This document shows positions 8,331 through 15,870 of a stretch of 32,000 bases of DNA, piece after piece. The first letter of the stretch is position 1; each line of letters begins with the position of its first letter. Source of the stretch: Delftia acidovorans NBRC 14950 (lineage in GTDB: Bacteria > Pseudomonadota > Gammaproteobacteria > Burkholderiales > Burkholderiaceae_C); NCBI RefSeq assembly GCF_001598795.1, contig NZ_BCZP01000015.1, positions 90,001-122,000 of the forward strand, given 5' to 3'. The translations under genes were made by a program, and so were the position numbers. The notes beneath the pieces are model-generated. The model saw only the letters and a list, made by a program, of their open reading frames with translations. It was not told the origin of the DNA and did no database searches.

Positions 8331-8999
8331 ATGAACAAGGCGTTGCATGCACGGTTCCTGTGGTGCGCCCTGGCTGGTGCCGCGGCTGGCCCTGCCTGCG
8401 CCTTGGATGCCGGCGTGCCGGCCGGCATCTATGCATGCACCGACGCCAAGGGTCGGCGCCTGACGGCAGACCGCCCGATTGCCGAATGCGTGGACCGCGA
8501 CCAGCGTGTGCTGGGCAGCTCCGGTGTGGAGCTGCGCCGCGTTGGCCCCACGCTGACTGACAACGAGCGCGCCGAACTCGATGCCCAGCGCCGCCGCGAG
8601 CAGGCCGAACAGCGCCGTGTGCGCGAGGAGCGCTCGCGCGAGCGCGCCCTGATTGCGCGCTATCCCAACCAGGCCGCGCACGACGCCGAACGCGCCGAGG
8701 CCCTGTCGCAGACCGACCAGGTCGCCAACCTGGCGCGCCAGCGCATACAGGAGCTGCAGGCCCAGCGCGTCAAGATCGATGGCGAGATGGAGTTCTACCG
8801 CAAGGACCCGTCCAAGGCCCCCGCCTCCCTGCGCCGCCAGCTCGATGAAAACCGCAGCAGCCAGGAAGAGCAGCAGCGCTTCATCCAGCAGCAGGAGCAG
8901 GAAAAAAGCCGCATCAACCAGCGCTTCGATGCCGAGCTCGTGCCGCTGCGTGCGCTGTGGAGCGCGGCTGCCGCCGCTGCGGCTCCCACGGGCCGCTGA
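8331..8999 (+). CDS. Secreted DUF4124-like protein with a charged coiled-coil C-terminal part
   Basis: Has a signal peptide (MNKALHARFLWCALAGAAAGPACA). A short Cys-containing N-domain (IYACTDAKGRRLTADRPIAECVD) resembles DUF4124. A long Arg/Glu/Gln-rich helical region follows. The gene begins 7 nt after the pyrE stop. The family call is from memory only. Confidence 0.75.
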   Translation: MNKALHARFLWCALAGAAAGPACALDAGVPAGIYACTDAKGRRLTADRPIAECVDRDQRVLGSSGVELRRVGPTLTDNERAELDAQRRREQAEQRRVREERSRERALIARYPNQAAHDAERAEALSQTDQVANLARQRIQELQAQRVKIDGEMEFYRKDPSKAPASLRRQLDENRSSQEEQQRFIQQQEQEKSRINQRFDAELVPLRALWSAAAAAAAPTGR

Positions 9000-9210
9000 A
9001 CGGCCCTTGCCCCCTGTCTTTCCCCTCTGGCGCGAACGGCCTGCCGCACGCCCGGTGCGCGTGAATCGGATTCGTCCTGCAAGCGCTGCCATTGCGGCGG
9101 TCTAGGCTGTCACTACATTCCCGGCCACGGATTTTCCCGGGCCCTCAAGGCCTGGCTGCTGGTGTGCGCTGCAGCCACAGGTGCCGGGCCGCCGCGAGAA
9201 GGGAGCATGC

Positions 9211-11823
9211 ATGACGGCATGGCGATGGTTGACGGTGCTGTGGCTGTGGGCCGCCGGTGCCTGGCTGGCCTGGGGAGGCGCCCAGCTGCTGTGGGCCGGG
9301 GGCAGCGGCTACTACGTGGTGGCAGGTGCGCTGCTGTTGGCCGTGGGCCTGGGCGTGGCGCGCCGTTCGGCGGCTGCGCTGTGGCTGTTTGCGCTGTGGC
9401 TGCTGGGCACCGCGCTGTGGGCGGTCTGGGAGATAGGGCTGGACTGGTGGCCGCTGGCGGGGCGCCTGGGTGTGCCCTGGTTGATGGGCCTGCTGCTGGT
9501 GCTGCCCTGGTCGGTGCGTGCGCTGCGCCATGAGCCCGACATGGGCCAGAACCGGGGCCTGGCACCAGCCCATGCGGCGCTTGCGCTGGTGGTGCTGGGC
9601 ACGGCCATTCTTGCGGGCCTGTCATTCGGGCGCCAGCGCGATGCCCATGAAACCCAGGGCCAGTTTGCGGGCGCGGCCGCCGCCGCGTCGGACCTGCCCG
9701 CCGACGGCCAGGTCACGGCCGTGCAGAACATGTCCATGGTGGCCTCCGATGCCGGTGGCCTGCGCAGCCCGCCGGTGCTGCAGGGCGATGCCACCGATGC
9801 CGTGCCCGATGGCGAATGGCATGCCTATGGCCGCACCGGAGCGGGCCAGCGCTATTCGCCGCTGCGCCAGATCGGCCCGCACAACGTGCGGCTGCTGCAA
9901 TTGGCCTGGGAGTTCCGCACGGGCGATGTGCGCGGCAAACCCGGCGATCCCGAAGAAACCACGTTCGAGGTCACGCCGCTGAAGATCGGCGAGCGCCTGT
10001 TCCTGTGCACGCCCCACCAGTCGGTGATTGCGCTCGATGCCACCACGGGCAAGCAGCTGTGGCGGCGCGACCTGCCCATGCCCAAGGGGCTGGCGCTGCA
10101 GCACCTGACCTGCCGGGGCCTGTCCTACCAGTCGGCGCAGGCGGCCGCGCAGTTCGATGCGGCGGCAGGGCAGACGCATTCGGCGGTGGCGCCGGCTGCA
10201 AGGAAGTCCGGCGCGCAGGTCGTGCCTGCACCCACCGCCGCATCCACGGCTTCGGCTTCTGCTTCTGCAGCCCCTGGCGATGACGGCCGCTGCACCGCCA
10301 AGCTGTTCATGGCCACGGCCGACGGCAAGGTGGTCGCGCTCAATCCCGCAGATGGCCAGACCTGCAGCAATGTGGCGGGCGGCCAGGGCCAGATCGACCT
10401 CTGGCAGGGCATGCCCGAGCGCAAGCCGGGCTCGTACTACTCGACCTCGCCGGTGGTGGTGGCGCGCGACCGCATCATCGTGGGCGGCACGGTGCTGGAC
10501 AACCATTCCACGCGCGAGCCTTCGGGCGTGATCCGTGCGTTCGACATCCGCTCGGGTGCGCTGCTGTGGGCCTGGGACCCGGGGCGGCCAGGCAACAGCA
10601 CGCCGCTGCCCCAGGGGCAGACCTATGTGCCCAGCTCGCCCAACAGCTGGTCCATCTCCAGCGTGGACGAGACGCTGGGCCTCGTCTTCGTGCCCATGGG
10701 CAATGCGCCGCCCGACCAATGGGGCGGGCGGCGCAGCGCCGAGGCCGAGCAGTATTCTTCCTCGGTGGTGGCGCTGGACATTGCCACGGGCGCCGTGCGC
10801 TGGGTGTTCCAGACCGTGCACCACGATCTCTGGGACTACGACGTGCCCTCGCAGCCCAGCCTGATCGACCTGGAGATCGGCGGCCACAGCGTGCCCGCCC
10901 TGGTGCAGCCCACCAAGCAGGGCGAGCTGTTCGTGCTGGACCGGCGCACGGGCCAGCCGCTGCTGCCCGTCACCGAGGTGGCTGCGCCGCAGGGCGCGGC
11001 ACGCGGCGACCGCACGGCGCCCACGCAGCCGCATTCGCAGCTGAGCTTCAACCCCCCGGCCCTGACCGAGCGCGACATGTGGGGCGCCAGCCCCTTCGAG
11101 CAACTGTGGTGCCGGCTGGCCTTTCGCCGCCTGCGCTACGAGGGGCGCTTCACGCCGCCCTCGGAGCAGGGCTCGCTGATCTATCCGGGCAATTTCGGCG
11201 TCTTCAACTGGGGCGGCGTGGCCGTGGACCCGCGCCGGCAGGTGGTGTTTGCCACGCCCACGCGGCTGGCCTTCGTCTCCACCCTGGTGCCGCGTGCGGA
11301 CGATACCTCGCTGCTGGTGCAGGATGGCGGCCCGCCCAAGGACGGCCTGCCCGCGCTCAACGAAAACTTTGGCGCACCGTTTGCGGTGCGGCTCAAGCCT
11401 TTTGTCTCGCCGCTGGGCATTCCCTGCCAGGCGCCGCCCTGGGGCTTTGTGGCGGGTGCCGACCTGCGCACGGGCCAGATCGTCTGGCAGCGCCGCAACG
11501 GCACGCCGCGTGACCTGAGCCCGCTGCCGCTGGGCTTTCGCATGGGCGTGCCCGGCATTGGCGGCCCGGTGATGACCGCTGGCGGCGTGGCCTTCTACTC
11601 GGGGGCACTGGACAACTATGTGCGCGCCTATGACGTGGACAGCGGCCGCCAGCTCTGGCAGGACCGCCTGCCTGCTGGCGGCCAGGCCACGCCCATGACC
11701 TATCTGGGCACGGATCAGCGCCAGTACCTGGTGGTGGTGGCGGGTGGGCATGGTTCGACCGGAACCAAGGCCGGGGACAGCGTGCGCGCCTATGTGCTGC
11801 CCAAGGAGGTGGCGGCGCCCTGA
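9211..11823 (+). CDS. gcd: Membrane-bound PQQ-dependent dehydrogenase, glucose/quinate/shikimate family
   Basis: Has an N-terminal multi-TM Trp/Leu-rich domain and a beta-propeller. Strings are shared with E. coli Gcd: LTCRG.SY, TVHHDLWDYD, TPPSEQG, RLPAGGQATPMTY and GGHGS.GTK. A GGGAG SD lies 5 nt upstream of ATG 9211. The substrate (glucose versus quinate) cannot be resolved from sequence. Confidence 0.9.
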   Translation: MTAWRWLTVLWLWAAGAWLAWGGAQLLWAGGSGYYVVAGALLLAVGLGVARRSAAALWLFALWLLGTALWAVWEIGLDWWPLAGRLGVPWLMGLLLVLPWSVRALRHEPDMGQNRGLAPAHAALALVVLGTAILAGLSFGRQRDAHETQGQFAGAAAAASDLPADGQVTAVQNMSMVASDAGGLRSPPVLQGDATDAVPDGEWHAYGRTGAGQRYSPLRQIGPHNVRLLQLAWEFRTGDVRGKPGDPEETTFEVTPLKIGERLFLCTPHQSVIALDATTGKQLWRRDLPMPKGLALQHLTCRGLSYQSAQAAAQFDAAAGQTHSAVAPAARKSGAQVVPAPTAASTASASASAAPGDDGRCTAKLFMATADGKVVALNPADGQTCSNVAGGQGQIDLWQGMPERKPGSYYSTSPVVVARDRIIVGGTVLDNHSTREPSGVIRAFDIRSGALLWAWDPGRPGNSTPLPQGQTYVPSSPNSWSISSVDETLGLVFVPMGNAPPDQWGGRRSAEAEQYSSSVVALDIATGAVRWVFQTVHHDLWDYDVPSQPSLIDLEIGGHSVPALVQPTKQGELFVLDRRTGQPLLPVTEVAAPQGAARGDRTAPTQPHSQLSFNPPALTERDMWGASPFEQLWCRLAFRRLRYEGRFTPPSEQGSLIYPGNFGVFNWGGVAVDPRRQVVFATPTRLAFVSTLVPRADDTSLLVQDGGPPKDGLPALNENFGAPFAVRLKPFVSPLGIPCQAPPWGFVAGADLRTGQIVWQRRNGTPRDLSPLPLGFRMGVPGIGGPVMTAGGVAFYSGALDNYVRAYDVDSGRQLWQDRLPAGGQATPMTYLGTDQRQYLVVVAGGHGSTGTKAGDSVRAYVLPKEVAAP

Positions 11824-11853
11824 GCGCTCAGCGCCGTGGGGGTCTGCGCCGGC

Positions 11854-12207
11854 TCATGCCGATCCGGTCCGGCCCAGCATGCGCAGCACGCGCGTGACCA
11901 GCAGAGCGGCCACCCAGGCCAGTCCGCCGATCAGAAACGGCAGGCGCAGCAGCGCGCCTTGCTGGGCAAACAGCATCAGCGCGTCGGCCTTCCACAGCGC
12001 GGCATAGCCCGTGTACAGGCCGTAGGCCAGCCAGGCCAGCGCCCCCAGGGCGAACAAGGCCGCCATGCGCCGGGCGCTGCGGCCATCGCGCGAATCCGCG
12101 GGCAGGGCGCGCGTGCCGTGCCAGACCCAGCCGATGGAGGCGAGCACCAGCAGGGCACTGGCTGCCACGGACAGCTGCAGCCAGGTATGGGGGGAGAGTG
12201 AGGACAT
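11854..12207 (-). CDS. Hypothetical small membrane protein (117 aa, about 3 TM)
   Basis: Third-position G/C bias is strong and there are three hydrophobic segments. The start is set at ATG 12207 (MSSLSPHTWLQL...). There is no SD, and a terminator-like hairpin abuts the start, so start and expression are uncertain. No family recognised. Confidence 0.55.
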   Translation of the reverse strand: MSSLSPHTWLQLSVAASALLVLASIGWVWHGTRALPADSRDGRSARRMAALFALGALAWLAYGLYTGYAALWKADALMLFAQQGALLRLPFLIGGLAWVAALLVTRVLRMLGRTGSA

Positions 12208-12208
12208 C

Positions 12209-12240
12209 AAAAGGAAACTGCGCGCCGGCACCGTGCCGGC
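12209..12240 (-). terminator. Terminator-like hairpin with interrupted U-tract between the 78-aa ORF and the 117-aa membrane ORF
   Basis: GCCGGCA (12224-12230) pairs with TGCCGGC (12234-12240) across a 3-nt loop. On the minus strand GCGCAGUUUCCUUUUG follows and runs directly into ATG 12207. Confidence 0.4.
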
Positions 12241-12283
12241 CGCAGCGAGTGTAGCGGCGCCGTGCTTTGCGCCGCCTGCGCGC

Positions 12284-12520
12284 TCAGGCCGGCTGCCAGA
12301 CGGTGGCGCCGTGGCCCTGGCCGCCGCTTCCGGGCACGGCATGGATGCCCAGCACGGCCGCGTGGCGCTGCAGCAGGGCGTCGAATTGCTCGGTGCTTTC
12401 CGCCGTGGCCGGGGCGTCGTCGTATTCGCTGGCCACCTGGTCCGTGGTGAAGGAGCTGGCGCCGAACTTCTGGACGATGTTGCGCAGCTTGTCGAGATTG
12501 GGGCTGGTGGATGGGGTCAT
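12284..12520 (-). CDS. Hypothetical small acidic protein (78 aa)
   Basis: An AAGGAG SD lies 5 nt upstream of ATG 12520, and G/C is very high at third positions throughout. There is no TM segment and no family I recognise. Confidence 0.7.
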   Translation of the reverse strand: MTPSTSPNLDKLRNIVQKFGASSFTTDQVASEYDDAPATAESTEQFDALLQRHAAVLGIHAVPGSGGQGHGATVWQPA

Positions 12521-12642
12521 GGCAACTCCTTGGGGTCATGGACGCCTGCTGCGCCGCAGGCCTGTGGACCAGTGTAGCCCCGGGGCCTGGAGCGGCCATC
12601 CGGGGCATCCCCGCAAAGCGGCGTAGGACTTGGAACCCGCCG

Positions 12643-13206
12643 TCAGCCGCCCGTGGCTACGGGGCCTGCGCTCAGCACTTCGGCCAGCGGCTTGCGGGGC
12701 GAGGGCACCTCGCGCTCGCGCAGATCGTCGGGCAGTGTGGCCGCATCGCCGCGCCAGCCCACGGCGATCACCACCTCGGGCTCCAGGTGCTCGGGCAGGC
12801 GCAGCACCTCGCGTGCGGCGTCGGCCGAGAAGCCGCCCATGGCGTGCGTGGCCAGGCCCATGGCGTGGGCTTCCAGCGCCAGGTAGCCCCAGGCGCAGCC
12901 CGCGTCGAAGCTGTGCTTGCCGGGCGAGGCCTGGCGGTCGGACATCAGCACGATCAGCGCGCCCGCCTCCAGGCACCAGCGGCGGTTGAACTCGTTGGGA
13001 ATGGTGCTGAAGGCCTGCCAGTTCGCATCGCCGCGTAGCGCATAGGCAAAGTGCCAGGGCTGCTTGTTGCTGGCCGAAGGCGCCCAGCGCGCGGCGTCGG
13101 CCAGTTGCTCGATCTGGGCCTGGCTCAGTGCCTCCGGCTTGAAGGCGCGCGGCGACATGCGGCCCAGGAATTGCGGATGGATGGGAGTGGTGGTGTTGCG
13201 TGTCAT
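12643..13206 (-). CDS. Nitroreductase-family flavoprotein
   Basis: 187-aa protein with the N-terminal R.SPRAF...L..A.RWAPSASNKQPWHF signature of the NAD(P)H nitroreductase fold. The start is set at ATG 13206 (MTRNTTTPIHPQF). Confidence 0.88.
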   Translation of the reverse strand: MTRNTTTPIHPQFLGRMSPRAFKPEALSQAQIEQLADAARWAPSASNKQPWHFAYALRGDANWQAFSTIPNEFNRRWCLEAGALIVLMSDRQASPGKHSFDAGCAWGYLALEAHAMGLATHAMGGFSADAAREVLRLPEHLEPEVVIAVGWRGDAATLPDDLREREVPSPRKPLAEVLSAGPVATGG

Positions 13207-13255
13207 GCGGATAGGCGGCAAGCAGAAAGGAAAGCGGCAACGATAGCGCAAGGCC

Positions 13256-14218
13256 TCAGGGCTGGCGCGGTGCCTGGCCATGCTGCTGGCTGATCACGCG
13301 CAGGTGGCGCTCCATGCGGATGAAGACCAGCACCATCACCACCAGCACGAGGAATGACATCAGCATGCTCCAGAAGGCCGTCTCCACGGCGCCGAAGCGC
13401 TCCTTCCAGGAGCTGCTGCCGAGGCTGTCCTCGCCGCGCAGCGCGCGCGCCGCATTGTCCAGGGACAGCGTGTAGTTCAGCAGCACCGTGGACAGGATCT
13501 GCTGGGCCGTCTGCGCCTGCAGCCGCGGCTCCAGGGCGGCATTGCCGAAGACCTGCTCCAGCGCGGCGGGCAGGCCCTGCACATAGGCCGCATAGGTGCC
13601 CTTGCCGTGTTCCAGCTCGGCGGCCTGGGCACGCTCATGGATGGCGGCGGCGGTATCCACGGGCTCGACCATCCAGCCGTCTTCCTCGCCGGTGGAGGCT
13701 GCTGCGGCAGCCGCTGCATCGGCAGCCGCATCCACGGCCCCGGCATCGCCTTCGCGCTGCCCGCGTTCCTGGATGCGGCGCTGCACATCGGCCTCGGACG
13801 GCAGGGCGTCGCCTTGCAGCAGCGGGTGCAGCGGCGCCAGGCCCCGGGCCTGGTTGTCCCGCTCGGTGCGCTCGCGCCGCGCAGGATCCTTGTTCACGTA
13901 GGCGCGCACCAGGGCGTCGGCCTTCTGGAAGGCAGGGCGCAGCGCCGGATCGGCCAGGCGCTTTTCCATGGCGGGTTCGCCGCCGCCCGCGCCCAGGTCG
14001 CGGCTGGTTTCGTCCACGACGAACTGCAGGTCGGGCCTGGCGTCCTTCCAGTTCAATTCCTGGGCCACGGCCTGGGGCGCCTCGGCCTTGCCGGGCCTGA
14101 AGCTCTCCCAGGTCCACAGTGCCATGCCCACCAGCACGAGCAGGGAGAACACCAGCAGCACCACGCGCACCACCTGCACCAGCAGGTCCTCGATCCTGCG
14201 CAGCATGTTTGTAATCAT
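13256..14218 (-). CDS. Hypothetical membrane-anchored protein (320 aa; TM helices at both termini)
   Basis: A GAGGA SD lies 6 nt upstream of ATG 14218 and coding bias is strong. Hydrophobic helices occur near residues 13-35 and 283-305. They flank an Ala/Asp/Glu/Arg-rich region of about 245 aa that includes DAAADAAAAAAAS. No family recognised. Confidence 0.75.
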   Translation of the reverse strand: MITNMLRRIEDLLVQVVRVVLLVFSLLVLVGMALWTWESFRPGKAEAPQAVAQELNWKDARPDLQFVVDETSRDLGAGGGEPAMEKRLADPALRPAFQKADALVRAYVNKDPARRERTERDNQARGLAPLHPLLQGDALPSEADVQRRIQERGQREGDAGAVDAAADAAAAAAASTGEEDGWMVEPVDTAAAIHERAQAAELEHGKGTYAAYVQGLPAALEQVFGNAALEPRLQAQTAQQILSTVLLNYTLSLDNAARALRGEDSLGSSSWKERFGAVETAFWSMLMSFLVLVVMVLVFIRMERHLRVISQQHGQAPRQP

Positions 14219-14356
14219 CGGAATCCTCGGTTGGTTCGTAAAACAAGGGCGCGTCCGGCCCGCCTGCAGGCCAGTTCTGTTGCTATTGATTTGAAAGCGC
14301 CGGACACAGACGGGCGAATTCTAGGAAGGCTGCCGTGCACGGGCGCACCGGTTCTC

Positions 14357-14369
14357 AATGTTTTACATT
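14357..14369. promoter_or_regulatory. Perfect palindrome AATGT-TTT-ACATT in the serA / hypothetical-gene divergent region (candidate operator)
   Basis: This 5-3-5 inverted repeat lies in one of the few AT-rich patches of the window, 208 nt upstream of the serA ATG. No binding protein can be assigned. Confidence 0.25.
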
Positions 14370-14387
14370 TCGCGCCAATCTCGAAGT

Positions 14388-14412
14388 GTGCATGTGCTCC
14401 CGTGGCATGCAC
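14388..14412. promoter_or_regulatory. Inverted repeat GTGCATG-N11-CATGCAC (candidate operator or RNA hairpin)
   Basis: The arms are 7 bp and perfect. The repeat lies 19 nt downstream of the AATGT/ACATT palindrome in the same intergenic region. Confidence 0.25.
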
Positions 14413-14576
14413 CGTCCTGCAATGAGTGCCTTCCGGATGGCGGGGCGTTCATGGCCGCAGAGCGCATGGTTCTCCCGCTTGCGGGCGCGCAGGCTTTGGG
14501 CCTACCGGCTGTAGCGGCTTCCTGAATCCGCTGTAATGCTCGCTCTGATTTCTGACTGACTAGAGAGGGCTCGCCC

Positions 14577-15806
14577 ATGACCAAAACGTCGCTGGATAAA
14601 TCGAAGATCAAGTTCCTTCTGCTCGAAGGCATCCATCCTTCCGCACTCGAAGTGCTGCGCAACGCGGGCTACACCAATGTGGAGACCGTGACGGGCGCGC
14701 TGGAAGGCGAGGAGCTCAAGCGCAAGATCGCCGACGTGCACTTCGTCGGCATCCGTTCGCGCACGCAGCTGACGGCCGACGTGTTCGCCGCCGCGCAAAA
14801 GCTCGTGGCCGTGGGCTGCTTTTGCATCGGCACCAACCAGGTGGACCTGGACGCGGCGCGCGAGCGTGGCGTGGTGGTCTTCAACGCGCCTTACTCCAAC
14901 ACGCGCTCGGTGGCCGAGCTGGTGCTGGCCGAGGCCATCTTGCTGCTGCGCGGCGTGCCCGCCAAGAACGCCTCCGCCCACCGCGGCGGCTGGCTCAAGA
15001 GCGCCGAGAATTCCTACGAAATCCGTGGCAAGACGCTGGGCATCGTGGGCTACGGCTCCATCGGCACCCAGCTGTCGGTGATGGCCGAGTCGGTGGGCAT
15101 GCAGGTGCTGTTCCATGACGTGTCCACCAAGTTGCCGCTGGGCAATGCGCGCCAGGCCGCATCGCTGGCCGATCTGCTGGCCGGCAGCGACATCGTCACC
15201 CTGCACGTGCCCGAGCTGCCCTCCACCCAGTGGATGATCGGCGCCAAGGAAATCGCGGCCATGAAGCCCGGGGCCATCCTGATCAATGCCTCGCGCGGCA
15301 CCGTGGTGGAAATCGAGCCGCTGGCCGAGGCCCTGAAGGCCGGCAAGCTGCTGGGCGCCGCCATCGACGTGTTCCCCACCGAACCGCGCAGCAACAAGGA
15401 TGAATTCGTCTCGCCCCTGCGCGGCCTGGACAACGTCATCCTGACCCCGCACGTGGGCGGCTCCACCATGGAAGCCCAGGCCAACATCGGCCTGGAAGTG
15501 GCCGAGAAGCTGGTCAAGTACAGCGACAACGGCACCACCACCTCGGCCGTGAACTTCCCCGAAGTGGCGCTGCCCGCCCACCCCGGCCAGAACCGCATCC
15601 TGCACGTGCACCACAACCAGCCCGGCGTGCTGTCGGCCATCAACCAGGTGTTTGCCGAGAACGGCATCAACATCGCCGGCCAGTACCTGCGCACCGACGA
15701 GAAGGTGGGCTATGTGGTGATCGACCTGGCGGCCCAGTCCTCGGGTCTGGCCGTGGAAAAGCTGACCCAGGTTCCGGGCACCATCCGCTGCCGCGTGCTG
15801 TTCTGA
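14577..15806 (+). CDS. serA: D-3-phosphoglycerate dehydrogenase with C-terminal ACT domain
   Basis: 409-aa protein of the 2-hydroxyacid dehydrogenase fold, with GIVGYGSIGTQL (NAD binding) and the catalytic R/E/H context (NASRG, TPHVGGST). The C-terminal ACT-like segment is [42 protein letters not shown] lies upstream. Confidence 0.95.
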   Translation: MTKTSLDKSKIKFLLLEGIHPSALEVLRNAGYTNVETVTGALEGEELKRKIADVHFVGIRSRTQLTADVFAAAQKLVAVGCFCIGTNQVDLDAARERGVVVFNAPYSNTRSVAELVLAEAILLLRGVPAKNASAHRGGWLKSAENSYEIRGKTLGIVGYGSIGTQLSVMAESVGMQVLFHDVSTKLPLGNARQAASLADLLAGSDIVTLHVPELPSTQWMIGAKEIAAMKPGAILINASRGTVVEIEPLAEALKAGKLLGAAIDVFPTEPRSNKDEFVSPLRGLDNVILTPHVGGSTMEAQANIGLEVAEKLVKYSDNGTTTSAVNFPEVALPAHPGQNRILHVHHNQPGVLSAINQVFAENGINIAGQYLRTDEKVGYVVIDLAAQSSGLAVEKLTQVPGTIRCRVLF

Positions 15807-15813
15807 TGGCCAG

Positions 15814-15850
15814 GTTTCAGGATGCTGCGCTTGGGCGCACTTCCTGAAAC
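15814..15850. terminator. Bidirectional terminator-like hairpin between convergent serA and the HPP/CBS gene
   Basis: GTTTCAGGA (15814-15822) pairs with TCCTGAAAC (15842-15850). An inner TGCGC/GCGCA stem (15826-15830 / 15835-15839) extends the helix. No long U-tract. Confidence 0.5.
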
Positions 15851-15870
15851 TGGCGCATTGCCGGGTCGCC

